Source: Guillardia theta CCMP2712 | Taxonomy: Eukaryota > Protista > Cryptophyta | NCBI RefSeq assembly: GCF_000315625.1 | Contig: NW_005434646.1 | Span: 408,134-472,133 of the forward strand | DNA: 64,000 nucleotides | Direction of reading: 5' to 3' | Shown here: positions 47,839 through 59,816 of the stretch, in pieces | Layout of the letters: each line of letters opens with the position of its first letter | How positions within the stretch are numbered: the stretch's first letter is position 1 | The notes under the pieces: generated by a model | The model's input: the letters and a program-made list of their open reading frames with translations, nothing else | Databases searched by the model: none | What the model was told of the DNA's origin: nothing | Made by a program: the position numbers and the translations under genes

Positions 47839-49994
47839 ATGGCGGAGGCTACAACGATGATGCTGTTGTTGGCGCTTGAGCTGCCGACGATGATCGTCGG
47901 GATGCTGGTTCCTGCCCTCTCATGGTCTTGCTCCTCCGTGTCTTGCAACTCGAAGTGGGTCTCGTCATGGCCCGGTATTGCTCGTGATCCTTCTTGCTGG
48001 TCTGATGGTCTGGTAAAGCACACGAGAGGTGGAGGGGGATCAGAGGATCAGGTGAAGCTTCAGATAGAGGAGGTACAGCGAGAGATCAAGGAAGTAAAAC
48101 AAGAGATCAAGGAGGCACCGCCAGAGATCAAGGAGGTACAGCAAGAGATCAAGGAGGTTCTGAAAAGGATCGAGCATGAACAGGATTCAACGAAGAAGGC
48201 GGTCCTTGTAGAGCGGGTGACGCAGCTTGGAGAGCGAGAGAAGCAGCTTGGAGAGCAGCTTGGAGAGCGGTTGAGGCATCTTGGAGAGCGAGAGAGGCAG
48301 CTTAGAGAAAGGGTGAAGCAGCTGGATAAAGAAAGGAATGATCTCCAGAGGCAAAGCAGAAAATCCGATGGGCTACGGATTGACTGGGTCGAGTCAGAGG
48401 CAGGACTGGACCGGACAGGCTTTTGCCATGGCAACAAGTACTTTCGTTTCAATGCATCATACTTGCAAGGAGACGGCGAGATACTGCTTTACTGCCGGAA
48501 AGCATTCCACGAGCAGCAACGTTTCCTGAGGGAGCAGGTGTTAGAGAGCCGGGCCTTGGGCTGGATCCAAGGTCCGCCGGGAACTGGGAAGACGACGACG
48601 ACGCTAGCCTTCTGCTTGTCGCTTGGCATGAAGGAATGGAGCGTGACATTCTTTCAGCTCGATGCAACTAAGTGGACTGAGTGCATTCAGATTAAGAGGA
48701 GATCGTGCACGATACCAGCAGAATGCTCGCTGAAATGGACCAGGAAAATACTAGAAGATTGGCCGGACAGCGAGAAGCGTCTTGTCGTCATCGAGTACGG
48801 TCTAAGAGGAGATCGTGCACGATACCAGCAGAATGCTCGCTGAAATGGACCAGGAAAATACTAGAAGATTGGCCGGACAGCGAGAAGCGTCTTGTCGTCA
48901 TCGATGGCTACTTGAGGTACGAGTCGCATCATGCACGCTGCTATCGAGCATGTACGAGATGGCTCCTAGGTGACAGACAGAATCGACGGGTTATCGTTGT
49001 GACGTCGATGTCTGGAGGAAAGGTTCGGGACAGGTTCGAAGATGATGTGAACCTGATGCCGCACACCGTTGTATCATGGACAACTGGTGAGTACCTGAAT
49101 GCGGTGAAGTGCGATGCTTTCTACGAGAGGGTGAAAGCCATGCTAGCATTGCACGACACTGCGGTGCACATTGGTATGAGGATACGGAAGAGGAATGGAA
49201 CGAAAGAAGAGCAGATTATGTCGAAGCATTACCTGGCTGGCGGCTCATGTCGGTACATGTTCGAAAAGACGGCAGCGGTGGTGAAGCAGAGGCTGGATCG
49301 GGCTCTTGCATCGTGTCGAAACCTAGAACATCTGTTCCAGGGTATCGTTGGTGACTCCTCGTTGGATGCTGTAAATCACTTGACTGCACGGTACATGCAT
49401 GGCGAAGAAGCGTCCTGGATGCCTGTGAGCAAGTACGTCGCCATGAAGCTAGCGGAAGTAGCGGAGGTGGGCGTTTTGAAAAGACTGTTGGATGGGACAG
49501 GCATTCCCAGCATAAGGGGCTACGTTTTCGAGCTTTTATTTTTCAAGAAGGTGAAGCAAGGGCTGACCCTGACGTATCGGCAGGGCGTGTCACGTGTGAA
49601 TCAGGTTTGGATGGGATGCCCAGTGTTTCTTTTCGATGCGAACGAAGTCATGGAGAGTCTTCCTCAAGAGAGAGCATGCTTGAGGCCAATCAACGTGTTT
49701 CAACCAGGCTATGATGCTATTATTGTGAATGTGCGTGCGAAGTTGGTCGAGCTTGTGCAGGTGACAGTTTCATCGTCGCACTCATTTAAGCTCTCTCCCT
49801 TCGCAAAAGCTCTCAAGAAGCTCAACATCCCAACCAAGGGTTGGAAAGTGAAAGTAGTTTTCATCGTTCCGCCAGAAAGGCTGGAGGATTTTCAGATCGA
49901 CACTATCAAGAATTGCGGGGCGATGGAGGAGTACGGATGGAAGAAGGGGTCCGAGGGTAAGCAGGCAGATGTAGCGAGCATTGAAATACTGTGA
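47839..49994 (+). pseudogene. Crinkler/RHS-type NTPase-REase copy 1, frameshifted by a 110-bp internal tandem duplication
   Basis: The sequence starting TAAGAGGAGATCG occurs at 48693 and again at 48803; the ORF is split into 366-aa and 429-aa pieces. Confidence 0.8.
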
Positions 49995-51097
49995 CCTCTC
50001 ATCACGGGGGGGCTGAGCACTCGCTTGAAGGGAGAGGCAAGATCTGACCAAGAGATGTTGCGCTGAATAAAGGAATGCATGCTTGTCGGGCTGCAAGTCA
50101 ACCTCACGGCAATCTTCTCCAGGAGAACCAGCTACCATGATCTTGTCAAGTCTTGCGTCAAGTGTATCAAGTATATCGCAAGGCTACTTGTGCTAGCACA
50201 TGCAATTTATTCATGCGGGCCCATACAATTACTCATGCGACCCCGTGCAACCGTGGCGGCCCTCCTGCCCCGGCGAGATCCGAGACAGTGAAGGCTGGCC
50301 CGGACATGTCGAATCACCTTAGCAGGTTCAATGTGAGGAATTAGAATCAGGGCAAGGGGATGTTTCTATGGCCTTCAGGGCGGACGCCAACCACTAGAGG
50401 AGGGGATGTCGCCTGAGACTTGCTGAGCAGCTTATCCTGATTTGCCAAGTTGACAGATTTGTGCTTGCATGGATCGAACACAGGCGGATGCATGCGATGA
50501 AATCTTTGACACCGTCGCGATGCCTGACGTTATGAACACTGCTGTTCGGGCTAACACAGGCATAAACTTTGCAATGGTTACTCAATACATCGAACACAGA
50601 ATCCCCAAAATAGTCTGGGAACTATTCTCGTGATGTCGGAAGGTCAAACTACACTGAATGAGAGGATCGACGAAGGAAATACGGGTATTGCATTTGCGAA
50701 ACCGTTGGGGAAGCCGGGAGCAAGACGAAATGAATGTGTCCCAGCTGATCGATTATCCTCTAGACCTTCCGAGTGAAGTCAGGAGGTAAAACTACAAAGT
50801 CAGGTGAAACCGGATTGTTACCCGATAGTATGCGTCTTGCAATTACTCAGGGCTCAGAATTGCTTCCGGGATCGTCCAGACCGTTGCGCCATGTCATTTT
50901 CCGTTCCACGGCTAAGTCATTTTCCGTTCTCAACGGTCGACCACTTGGCGTATACTCTGTTCTCATCAGGTGAAGGACAAGCTAGAGTGAGGGATAACAA
51001 ACATCGCGCAGCCGCTGGGTGCTTGAAAGACTGCCAGGCTGTGATCACAGACTCTGAGACATTGATAGCGTGAGACAGCCTGAGGGAAACAGAAGCA

Positions 51098-51271
51098 ATG
51101 GCCGCCTTTCTTATATCCGACGTCTTCATCCGGTTTGCTGGAGGGCTGGTGGTTTTCATGCTCATGATGCCTATCATCGCAAAGGTTATTCACGTGATAC
51201 GAGCTCAAGTCAGGAAAGCACTGTTCGCTATGAAAGAAGACGAGGATAGCGAAGACGAAAGCGAAGCATGA
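51098..51271 (+). CDS. 57-aa single-TM microprotein, copy 2
   Basis: Identical to copy 1. Confidence 0.55.
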   Translation: MAAFLISDVFIRFAGGLVVFMLMMPIIAKVIHVIRAQVRKALFAMKEDEDSEDESEA

Positions 51272-52624
51272 GCAGTATAAGCTTCAAACTCGTCCAAATG
51301 GAATCCAAAGGAAGTTGCTTGTAATGGGTGCACCATTCCAGCCTGATACTCTGAAGACTTGCACCAGCTGAAGAGACTGATTCAAATCATTGTCTTTAAC
51401 CGATGATTGTACTGTTTCACCGTAGATTCAGAACGATTTCTCTCCTCATCTTAAAAACCCGCTGGAAGAGTTGATCAGTTACCAGCTGGACCAACGCGTC
51501 ACGGCAGGGAGAAACTTGGGCACAGAGGGAGGAACTTCGGAAGGCTGCTCTGGAACAATAGACTTCGCCTGTAAGGCTCTTGTAGTCACGGCTCTTGAAA
51601 GTCACAGAAAATGAAAGTCTTCTTTGCGCAGCGATACTCGCTGATGTGAGTCACCTGCAGTTGTACTTGTCGATGAAAAAGGTTACATGGGCCTACCAAC
51701 CGTTGAGGCCTCTATACCCTTGTCCATGCAGCAGCTGCATCCCTCAGCCAGCGCTCGTTGCCATACACGTTGAGCGGCGATGGAGCTTGAGCAGGGAGAA
51801 GCTTCGGATATCGTTGGGGTTGACGTATGGTAGCCTCTTGATTGGACCTCAAGACCTACCCAAGCAGCTTCGCCCGACAAGTCTCGAAGTCAACTTTTTT
51901 CGATTTTTCGTCATGCCGATCAATGAATTGACGAGAGGCAACAGATTTCCACTCTAAAGAATCGAAGCATTTGATCAATGCTTGCAGAAACATCAAAGAA
52001 TGAATTGCACAATAGTTGGATCAAGCAACGAATCGACGAGAGGAAGTAAGAAATGGTTTTGTAGCTATCCCCTAGAAGCCCATCGGCAGCCGTCTAAGGC
52101 TCTTACTTTGTGCAGCCCGTGGCAAAGGAGAGGAGAATCCTCCGACGAGCGTTTGAAACAGAGGTTGAAGCAGAGCCTCAAGGTGAAAGTTTCGGGTCGG
52201 ACCCAAATATCGATCCCCTCACCCCACGCATTCCGGGAATAACATGGGGAGAGCTCTTGTCAAAGGAAAACAGCGTCGACAGCATCTTCGAGGCAGGAGA
52301 CAAGAAACTTGTAAACGAAGTTTGCGTCAGCATGATTGTGCAAGCTGACTGAAGTGAAGATCCTGCGGACGATTGCCGGATAAAGTAATCTATGCTTGTC
52401 CTCCTTTTCAAATGAACGCAAAAAGATACCTTTGAAAGACAGGGCATTGCATTGGAAGGGAAGCCTGATGTGCCATCATCTTTGTGCGAATGAATATTTT
52501 GATTCGGAAGGATACACCAGCAGTGCGTGTGAGCAACGTGGGAAAACAGCCATTCCAACAATTTCTCAAGATGCGCTTGCTGGCAAGAAGTCATGTAGAA
52601 GGATCTAATCATGGCACATTAGAG

Positions 52625-52670
<46 letters not shown>
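52625..52670. repeat. (GAT)n microsatellite, much longer in unit 2 than in unit 1 (47035-47046)
   Basis: Direct comparison of the paralogous positions. Confidence 0.9.
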
Positions 52671-52671
<1 letters not shown>

Positions 52672-53433
52672 TGTTGTTGATGATGATGAGGTGGAGGTGA
52701 AGCATTGATAGGATTTTATAGTGCTAGCTTTACTTACTTTATTTTGAGGTATCTGAGGCAGATTCCTAGTTTAGCTAATCCTCTATAATTAAGGAAAACC
52801 GAGAAAGAATAAACTTCACGTGCATGGTTTACGGATTGTAGATGCTGTCTGTTTCTCGAACGAATTGCCTGGGATTTCTGGTTTGGTGAAATCTGGAATG
52901 TCAAAGTTTGGGACTTTCATGAGAGATACCATGAGGGGTTCTCCAGAAAGAATCAATACTTGTGAACGGGAGAAGTCTGAGATCTGTGAGGTACAATCTT
53001 GTGTGCCAGGATCGGGGCAGACAGGTATGGACGTGGCGTGGACATAGCGCCAAAAACATTGAGAATGGATGATGTACAACAAAAACCGTTCTGGGGAAGA
53101 ATGGACGATGTACAACAAAAGCCGTTCTTAGGAAGGGCACTAATCGGGATGTCCAAGAGGAGAACGATGAATTGCGTGCGAATTGTCAAACGTTGAGTCG
53201 ACTAGTACATTTTATTCGTATGGAAAATGTAGATGTTATGCGCAGTTGGGGACTCAAGCTTGTTTGGCACAACATCAGATGGTCGTTCGTTTTGTACCGA
53301 ATGAGGACGAAACTGATTGCTTCGATCTTGGCTGTAATTGGACAAAGCTTTGCCGGCGCCGGCGGTTACGCCGGGGTTGCGCCGGTTACTGGAAATCCTC
53401 ATTCTCTCTGAGGCGGACTGGGTTGAGTGCTGG

Positions 53434-55455
53434 ATGGCGGAGGCTACAACGATGATGCTGTTGTTGGCGCTTGAGCTGCCGACGATGATCGTCGGGATGC
53501 TGGTTCCTGCCCTCTCATGGTCTTGCTCCTCCGTGTCTTGCAACTCGAAGTGGGTCTCGTCATGGCCCGGTATTGCTCGTGATCCTTCTTGCTGGTCTGA
53601 TGGTCTGGTAAAGCACACGAGAGGTGGAGGGGGATCAGAGGATCAGGTGAAGCTTCAGATAGAGGAGGTACAGCGAGAGATCAAGGAAGTAAAACAAGAG
53701 ATCAAGGAAGTAAAACAAGAGATCAAGGAGGTACAGCAAGAGATCAAGGAGGTTCTGAAAAGGATCGAGCATGAACAGGATTCAACGATGAAGGCGGTCC
53801 TTGTAGAGCGGGTGACGCAGCTTGGAGAGCGGTTGAAGCAGCTTGGAGAGCGAGAGAGGCAGCTTAGAGAAAGGGTGAAGCAGCTGGATAAAGAAAGGAA
53901 TGATCTCCAGAGGCAAAGCAGAAAATCCGATGGGCTACGGATTGACTGGGTCGAGTCAGAGGCAGGACTGGACCGGACAGGCTTTTGCCATGGCAACAAG
54001 TACTTTCGTTTCGATGCATCATACTTGCAAGGAGACGGCGAGATACTGCTTTACTGCCGGAAAGCATTCCACGAGCAGCAACGTTTCCTGAGGGAGCAGG
54101 TGTTAGAGAGCCGGGCCTTGGGCTGGATCCAAGGTCCGCCGGGAACTGGGAAGACGACGACGACGCTAGCCTTCTGCTTGTCGCTTGGCATGAAGGAATG
54201 GAGCGTGACATTCTTTCAGCTCGATGCAACTAAGTGGACTGAGTGCATTCAGATCGTACGGTCTAAGAGGAGATCGTGCACGATACCAGCAGAATGCTCG
54301 CTGAAATGGACCAGGAAAATACTAGAAGATTGGCCGGACAGCGAGAAGCGTCTTGTCGTCATCGATGGCTACTTGAGGCACGAGTCACATCATGCACGCT
54401 GCTATCGAGCATGTACGAGATGGCTCCTAGGTGACAGACAGAATCGACGGGTTATCGTTGTGACGTCGATGTCTGGAGGAAAGGTTCGGGACAGGTTCGA
54501 AGATGATGTGAACCTGATGCCGCACACCGTTGTATCATGGACAACTGGTGAGTACCTGAATGCGGTGAAGTGCGATGCTTTCTACAAGAGGGTGAAAGCC
54601 ATGCTAGCATTGCACGACACTGCGGTGCACATTGGTATGAGGATACGGAAGAGGAATGGAACGAAAGAAGAGCAGATTATGTCGAAGCATTACCTGGCTG
54701 GCGGCTCATGTCGGTACATGTTCGAAAAGACGGCAGCGGTGGTGAAGCAGAGGCTGGATCGGGCTCTTGCATCGTGTCGAAACCTAGAACATCTGTTCCA
54801 GGGTATCGTTGGTGACTCCTCGTTGGATGCTGTAAATCACTTGACTGCACGGTACATGCATGGCGAAGAAGCGTCCTGGATGCCTGTGAGCAAGTACGTC
54901 GCCATGAAGCTAGCGGAAGTAGCGGAGGTGGGCGTTTTGAAAAGACTGTTGGATGGGACAGGCATTCCCAGCATAAGGGGCTACGTTTTCGAGCTTTTAT
55001 TTTTCAAGAAGGTGAAGCAAGGGCTGACCCTGACGTATCGGCAGGGCGTGTCACGTGTGAATCAGGTTTGGATGGGATGCCCAGTGTTTCTTTTCGATGC
55101 GAACGAAGTCATGGAGAGTCTTCCTCAAGAGAGAGCATGCTTGAGGCCAATCAACGTGTTTCAACCAGGCTATGATGCTATTATTGTGAATGTGCGTGCG
55201 AAGTTGGTCGAGCTTGTGCAGGTGACAGTTTCATCGTCGCACTCATTTAAGCTCTCTCCCTTCGCAAAAGCTCTCAAGAAGCTCAACATCCCAACCAAGG
55301 GTTGGAAAGTGAAAGTAGTTTTCATCGTTCCGCCAGAAAGGCTGGAGGATTTTCAGATCGACACTATCAAGAATTGCGGGGCGATGGAGGAGTACGGATG
55401 GAAGAAGGGGTCCGAGGGTAAGCAGGCAGATGTAGCGAGCATTGAAATGCTGTGA
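53434..55455 (+). CDS. Crinkler/RHS (CR)-type protein: leader, coiled coil, P-loop NTPase and PD-(D/E)xK-fold endonuclease (intact, 673 aa from the first ATG)
   Basis: Walker A GPPGTGKT, Walker B LVVIDG, RVIVVTS, GGSCRYMF; REase motifs GYVFE, PINVFQPGYDA, VQVTVSSSH; intronless. Confidence 0.88.
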   Translation: MAEATTMMLLLALELPTMIVGMLVPALSWSCSSVSCNSKWVSSWPGIARDPSCWSDGLVKHTRGGGGSEDQVKLQIEEVQREIKEVKQEIKEVKQEIKEVQQEIKEVLKRIEHEQDSTMKAVLVERVTQLGERLKQLGERERQLRERVKQLDKERNDLQRQSRKSDGLRIDWVESEAGLDRTGFCHGNKYFRFDASYLQGDGEILLYCRKAFHEQQRFLREQVLESRALGWIQGPPGTGKTTTTLAFCLSLGMKEWSVTFFQLDATKWTECIQIVRSKRRSCTIPAECSLKWTRKILEDWPDSEKRLVVIDGYLRHESHHARCYRACTRWLLGDRQNRRVIVVTSMSGGKVRDRFEDDVNLMPHTVVSWTTGEYLNAVKCDAFYKRVKAMLALHDTAVHIGMRIRKRNGTKEEQIMSKHYLAGGSCRYMFEKTAAVVKQRLDRALASCRNLEHLFQGIVGDSSLDAVNHLTARYMHGEEASWMPVSKYVAMKLAEVAEVGVLKRLLDGTGIPSIRGYVFELLFFKKVKQGLTLTYRQGVSRVNQVWMGCPVFLFDANEVMESLPQERACLRPINVFQPGYDAIIVNVRAKLVELVQVTVSSSHSFKLSPFAKALKKLNIPTKGWKVKVVFIVPPERLEDFQIDTIKNCGAMEEYGWKKGSEGKQADVASIEML

Positions 55456-55676
55456 CCTCTCATCACGGGGGGGCTGAGCACTCGCTTGAAGGGAGAGGCA
55501 AGATCTGACCAAGAGATGTTGCGCTGAATAAAGGAATGCATGCTTGTCGGGCTGCAAGTCGTAATTATATGGTTTGCAAAACAATTTATTGACTAACTCG
55601 AAAGACACGGCAAACCGTAAACAAAGCTTGATTGGAAATCCTCATTCTCTCTGAGGCGGACTGGGTTGAGTGCTGG

Positions 55677-57784
55677 ATGGCGGAGGCTACAACGATGATG
55701 CTGTTGTTGGCGCTTGAGCTGCCGACGATGATCGTCGGGATGCTGGTTCCTGCCCACTCATGGTCTTGCTCCTCCGTGTCTTGCAACTCGAAGTGGGTCT
55801 CGTCTTGGCCCGGTATTGCTCGTGATCCTTCTTGCTGGTCTGATGGTCTGGTAAAGCACACGAGAGGTGGAGGGGGATCAGAGGATCAGGTGAAGCTTCA
55901 GATAGAGGAGGTACAGCGAGAGATCAAGGAAGTAAAACAAGAGATCAAGGAAGTAAAACAAGAGATCAAGGAGGCACAGCAAGAGATCAAGGAGGCACCG
56001 CCAGAGATCAAGGAAGTACAGCAACAGATCAAGGAGGTTCTGAAAAGGATCGAGCATGAACAGGATTCAACGATGAAGGCGGTCCTTGTAGAGCGGGTGA
56101 CGCATCTTGGAGAGCGAGAGAAGCAGCTTGGAGAGCAGCTTGGAGAGCAGCTTGGAGAGCGGTTGAAGCAGCTTGGAGAGCGGAGAGGCAGCTTAGAGAA
56201 AGGGTGAAGCAGCTGGATAAAGAAAAGTGTGATCTCCAGAGGCAAAGCAGAAAATCCGATGGGCTACGGATTGACTGGGTCGAGTCAGAGGCAGGACTGG
56301 ACCGGACAGGCTTTTGCCATGGCAACAAGTACTTTCGTTTCGATGCATCATACTTGCAAGGAGACGGCGAGATACTGCTTTACTGCCGGAAAGCATTCCA
56401 CGAGCAGCAACGTTTCCTGAGGGAGCAGGTGTTAGAGAGCCGGGCCTTGGGCTGGATCCAAGGTCCGCCGGGAACTGGGAAGACGACGACGACGCTAGCC
56501 TTCTGCTTGTCGCTTGGCATGAAGGAATGGAGCGTGACATTCTTTCAGCTCGATGCAACTAAGTGGACTGAGTGCATTCAGATCGTACGGTCTAAGAGGA
56601 GATCGTGCACGATACCAGCAGAATGCTCGCTGAAATGGACCAGGAAAATACTAGAAGATTGGCCGGACAGCGAGAAGCGTCTTGTCGTCATCGATGGCTA
56701 CTTGAGGCACGAGTCACATCATGCACGCTGCTATCGAGCATGTACGAGATGGCTCCTAGGTGACAGACAGAATCGACGGGTTATCGTTGTGACGTCGATG
56801 TCTGGAGGAAAGGTTCGGGACAGGTTCGAAGATGATGTGAACCTGATGCCGCACACCGTTGTATCATGGACAACTGGTGAGTACCTGAATGCGGTGAAGT
56901 GCGATGCTTTCTACAAGAGGGTGAAAGCCATGCTAGCATTGCACGACACTGCGGTGCACATTGGTATGAGGATACGGAAGAGGAATGGAACGAAAGAAGA
57001 GCAGATTATGTCGAAGCATTACCTGGCTGGCGGCTCATGTCGGTACATGTTCGAAAAGACGGCAGCGGTGGTGAAGCAGAGGCTGGATCGGGCTCTTGCA
57101 TCGTGTCGAAACCTAGAACATCTGTTCCGGGGTATCGTTGGTGACTCCTCGTTGGATGCTGTAAATCACTTGACTGCACGGTACATGCATGGCGAAGAAG
57201 CGTCCTGGATGCCTGTGAGCAAGTACGTCGCCATGAAGCTAGCGGAAGTAGCGGAGGTGGGCGTTTTGAAAAGACTGTTGGATGGGACAAGCATTCCCAG
57301 CATAAGGGGCTACGTTTTCGAGCTTTTATTTTTCAAGAAGGTGAAGCAAGGGCTGACCCTGATGTATCGGCAGGGCGTGTCACGTGTGAATCAGGTTTGG
57401 ATGGGATGCCCAGTGTTACCCTTCGATGCGAACGAGGTCATGGAGAGTCTTCCTCAAGAGAGAGCATGCTTGAGGCCAATCAACGTGTTTCAACCAGGCT
57501 ATGATGCTATCATTGTGAATGTGCGTGCGAAGTTGGTCGAGCTTGTGCAGGTGACAGTTTCATCGTCGCACTCATTTAAGCTCTCTCCCTTCGCAAAAGC
57601 TCTCAAGAAGCTCAACATCCCAACCAAGGGTTGGAAAGTGAAAGTAGTTTTCATCGTTCCGCCAGAAAGGCTGGAGGATTTTCAGATCGACACTATCAAG
57701 AATTGCGGGGCGATGGAGGAGTACGGATGGAAGAAGGGGTCCGAGGGTAAGCAGGCAGATGTAGCGAGCATTGAAATGCTGTGA
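55677..57784 (+). pseudogene. Crinkler/RHS-type NTPase-REase copy 3, 1-nt deletion at ~56182
   Basis: GAGCGGAGAGG versus GAGCGAGAGAGG in the intact copy; otherwise open. Could be a sequencing error. Confidence 0.7.
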
Positions 57785-58850
57785 CCTCTCGTCACGGGGG
57801 GGCTGAGCACTCGCTTGAAGGGAGAGGCAAGATCTGACCAAGAGATGTTGCGCTGAAGAAAGGAATGCATGCTTGTCGGGCTGCAAGTCAACCTCACGGC
57901 AATCTCCTCCAGGAGAACCAGCTACCATGATCTTGTCAAGTCTTGCGTCAAGTGTATCAAGTATATCGCAAGGCTACTTGTGCTAGCACATGCAATTTAT
58001 TCATGCGGGCCCATACAATTACTCATGCGACCCCGTGCAACCGTGGCGGCCCTCCTGCCCCGGCGAGATCCGAGACAGTGAAGGCTGGCCCGGACATGTC
58101 GAATCACCTTAGCAGGTTCAATGTGAGGAATTAGAATCAGGGCAAGGGGATGTTTCTATGGCCTTCAGGGCGGACGCCAACCACTAGAGGAGGGGATGTC
58201 GCCTGAGACTTGCTGAGCAGCTTATCCTGATTTGCCAAGTTGACAGATTTGTGCTTGCATGGATCGAACACAGGCGGATGCATGCGATGAACAGCTGTTC
58301 GGGCTAACACAGGCATAAACTTTGCAATGGTTACTCAATACATCGAACACAGAATCCCCAAAATAGTCTGGGAACTATTCTCGTGATGTCGGAAGGTCAA
58401 ACTACACTGAATGAAAGGATCGACGAAGGAAATACGGGTATTGCATTTGCGAAACCGTTGGGGAAGCCGGGAGCAAGACGAAATGAATGTGTCCCAGCTG
58501 ATCGATTATCCTCTAGACCTTCCGAGTGAAGTCAGGAGGTAAAACTACAAAGTCAGGTGAAACCGGATTGTTACCCGATAGTATGCGTCCTGCAATTACT
58601 CAGGGCTCAGAATTGCTTCCGGGATCGTCCAGACCGTTGCGCCATGTCATTTTCCGTTCCACGGCTAAGTCATTTTCCGTTCTCAACGGTCGACCACTTG
58701 GCGTATACTCTGTTCTCATCAGGTGAAGGACAAGCTAGAGTGAGGGATAACAAACATCGCGCAGCCGCTGGGTGCTTGAAAGACTGCCAGGCTGTGATCA
58801 CAGACTCTGAGACATTGATAGCGTGAGACAGCCTGAGGGGAACATCAGCA

Positions 58851-59024
58851 ATGGCCGCCTTTCTTATATCCGACGTCTTCATCCGGTTTGCTGGAGGGCT
58901 GGTGGTTTTCATGCTCATGATGCCTATCATCGCAAAGGTTATTCACGTGATACGAGCTCAAGTCAGGAAAGCACTGTTTGCTATGAAAGAAGATGAGGAC
59001 AGCGAAGACGAAAGCGAAGCATGA
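58851..59024 (+). CDS. 57-aa single-TM microprotein, copy 3
   Basis: Same peptide; three synonymous differences from copies 1 and 2. Confidence 0.6.
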   Translation: MAAFLISDVFIRFAGGLVVFMLMMPIIAKVIHVIRAQVRKALFAMKEDEDSEDESEA

Positions 59025-59816
59025 GCAGTATAAGCTTCAAACTCGTCCAAATGGAATCCAAAGGAAGTTGCTTGTAATGGGTGCACCATTCCAGCCTGAT
59101 ACTCTGAAGACTTGCACCTAACCGATGATTGTACTGTTTCACCGTAGATTCAGAACGATTTCTCTCCTCATCTTAAAAACCCGCTGGACCAACGCGTCAC
59201 GGCAGGGAGAAACTTGGGCACAGAGGGAGGAACTTCGGAAGGCTGCTCTGGAGCAATAGACTTCGCCTGTAAGGCTCTTGTAGTCACGGCTCTTGAAAGT
59301 TACAGAAAATGAATGTCTTCTTTGCGTATCTGTGACATCATGTAACCGATGATTTGTGTGAATTGATTTCATTACAAACATTTGCGTACATGAAAACATT
59401 TTACCCCCAATCATTTCGAGACAGCGATACTCGCTGATGTGAGTCACCTGCACTTATGAAGCATCAGTATGAATATTCTTACTTGTCGATTAAAAAGGTT
59501 ACATGGGCCTACCAACCGTTGAGGCCTCTATACCCTTGTCCATGCAGCAGCCGCATCCCTCAGCCAGCGTCTCGTTGCCGTACACGTTGAGCGGCGATGG
59601 AGCTTGAGCAGGGAGAAGCTTCGGATATCGTTGGGGTTGACGTATGGTAGCCTCTTGATAGGACCTCAAGACCTACCCAAGCAGCTTCGCCCGACAAGTC
59701 TCGAAGTCAACTTTTTTCGATTTTTCGTCATGCCGATCAATGAATTGACGAGAGGCAACAGATTTCCACTCTAAAGAATCGAAGCATTTGATCAATGCTT
59801 GCAGAAACATCAAAGA

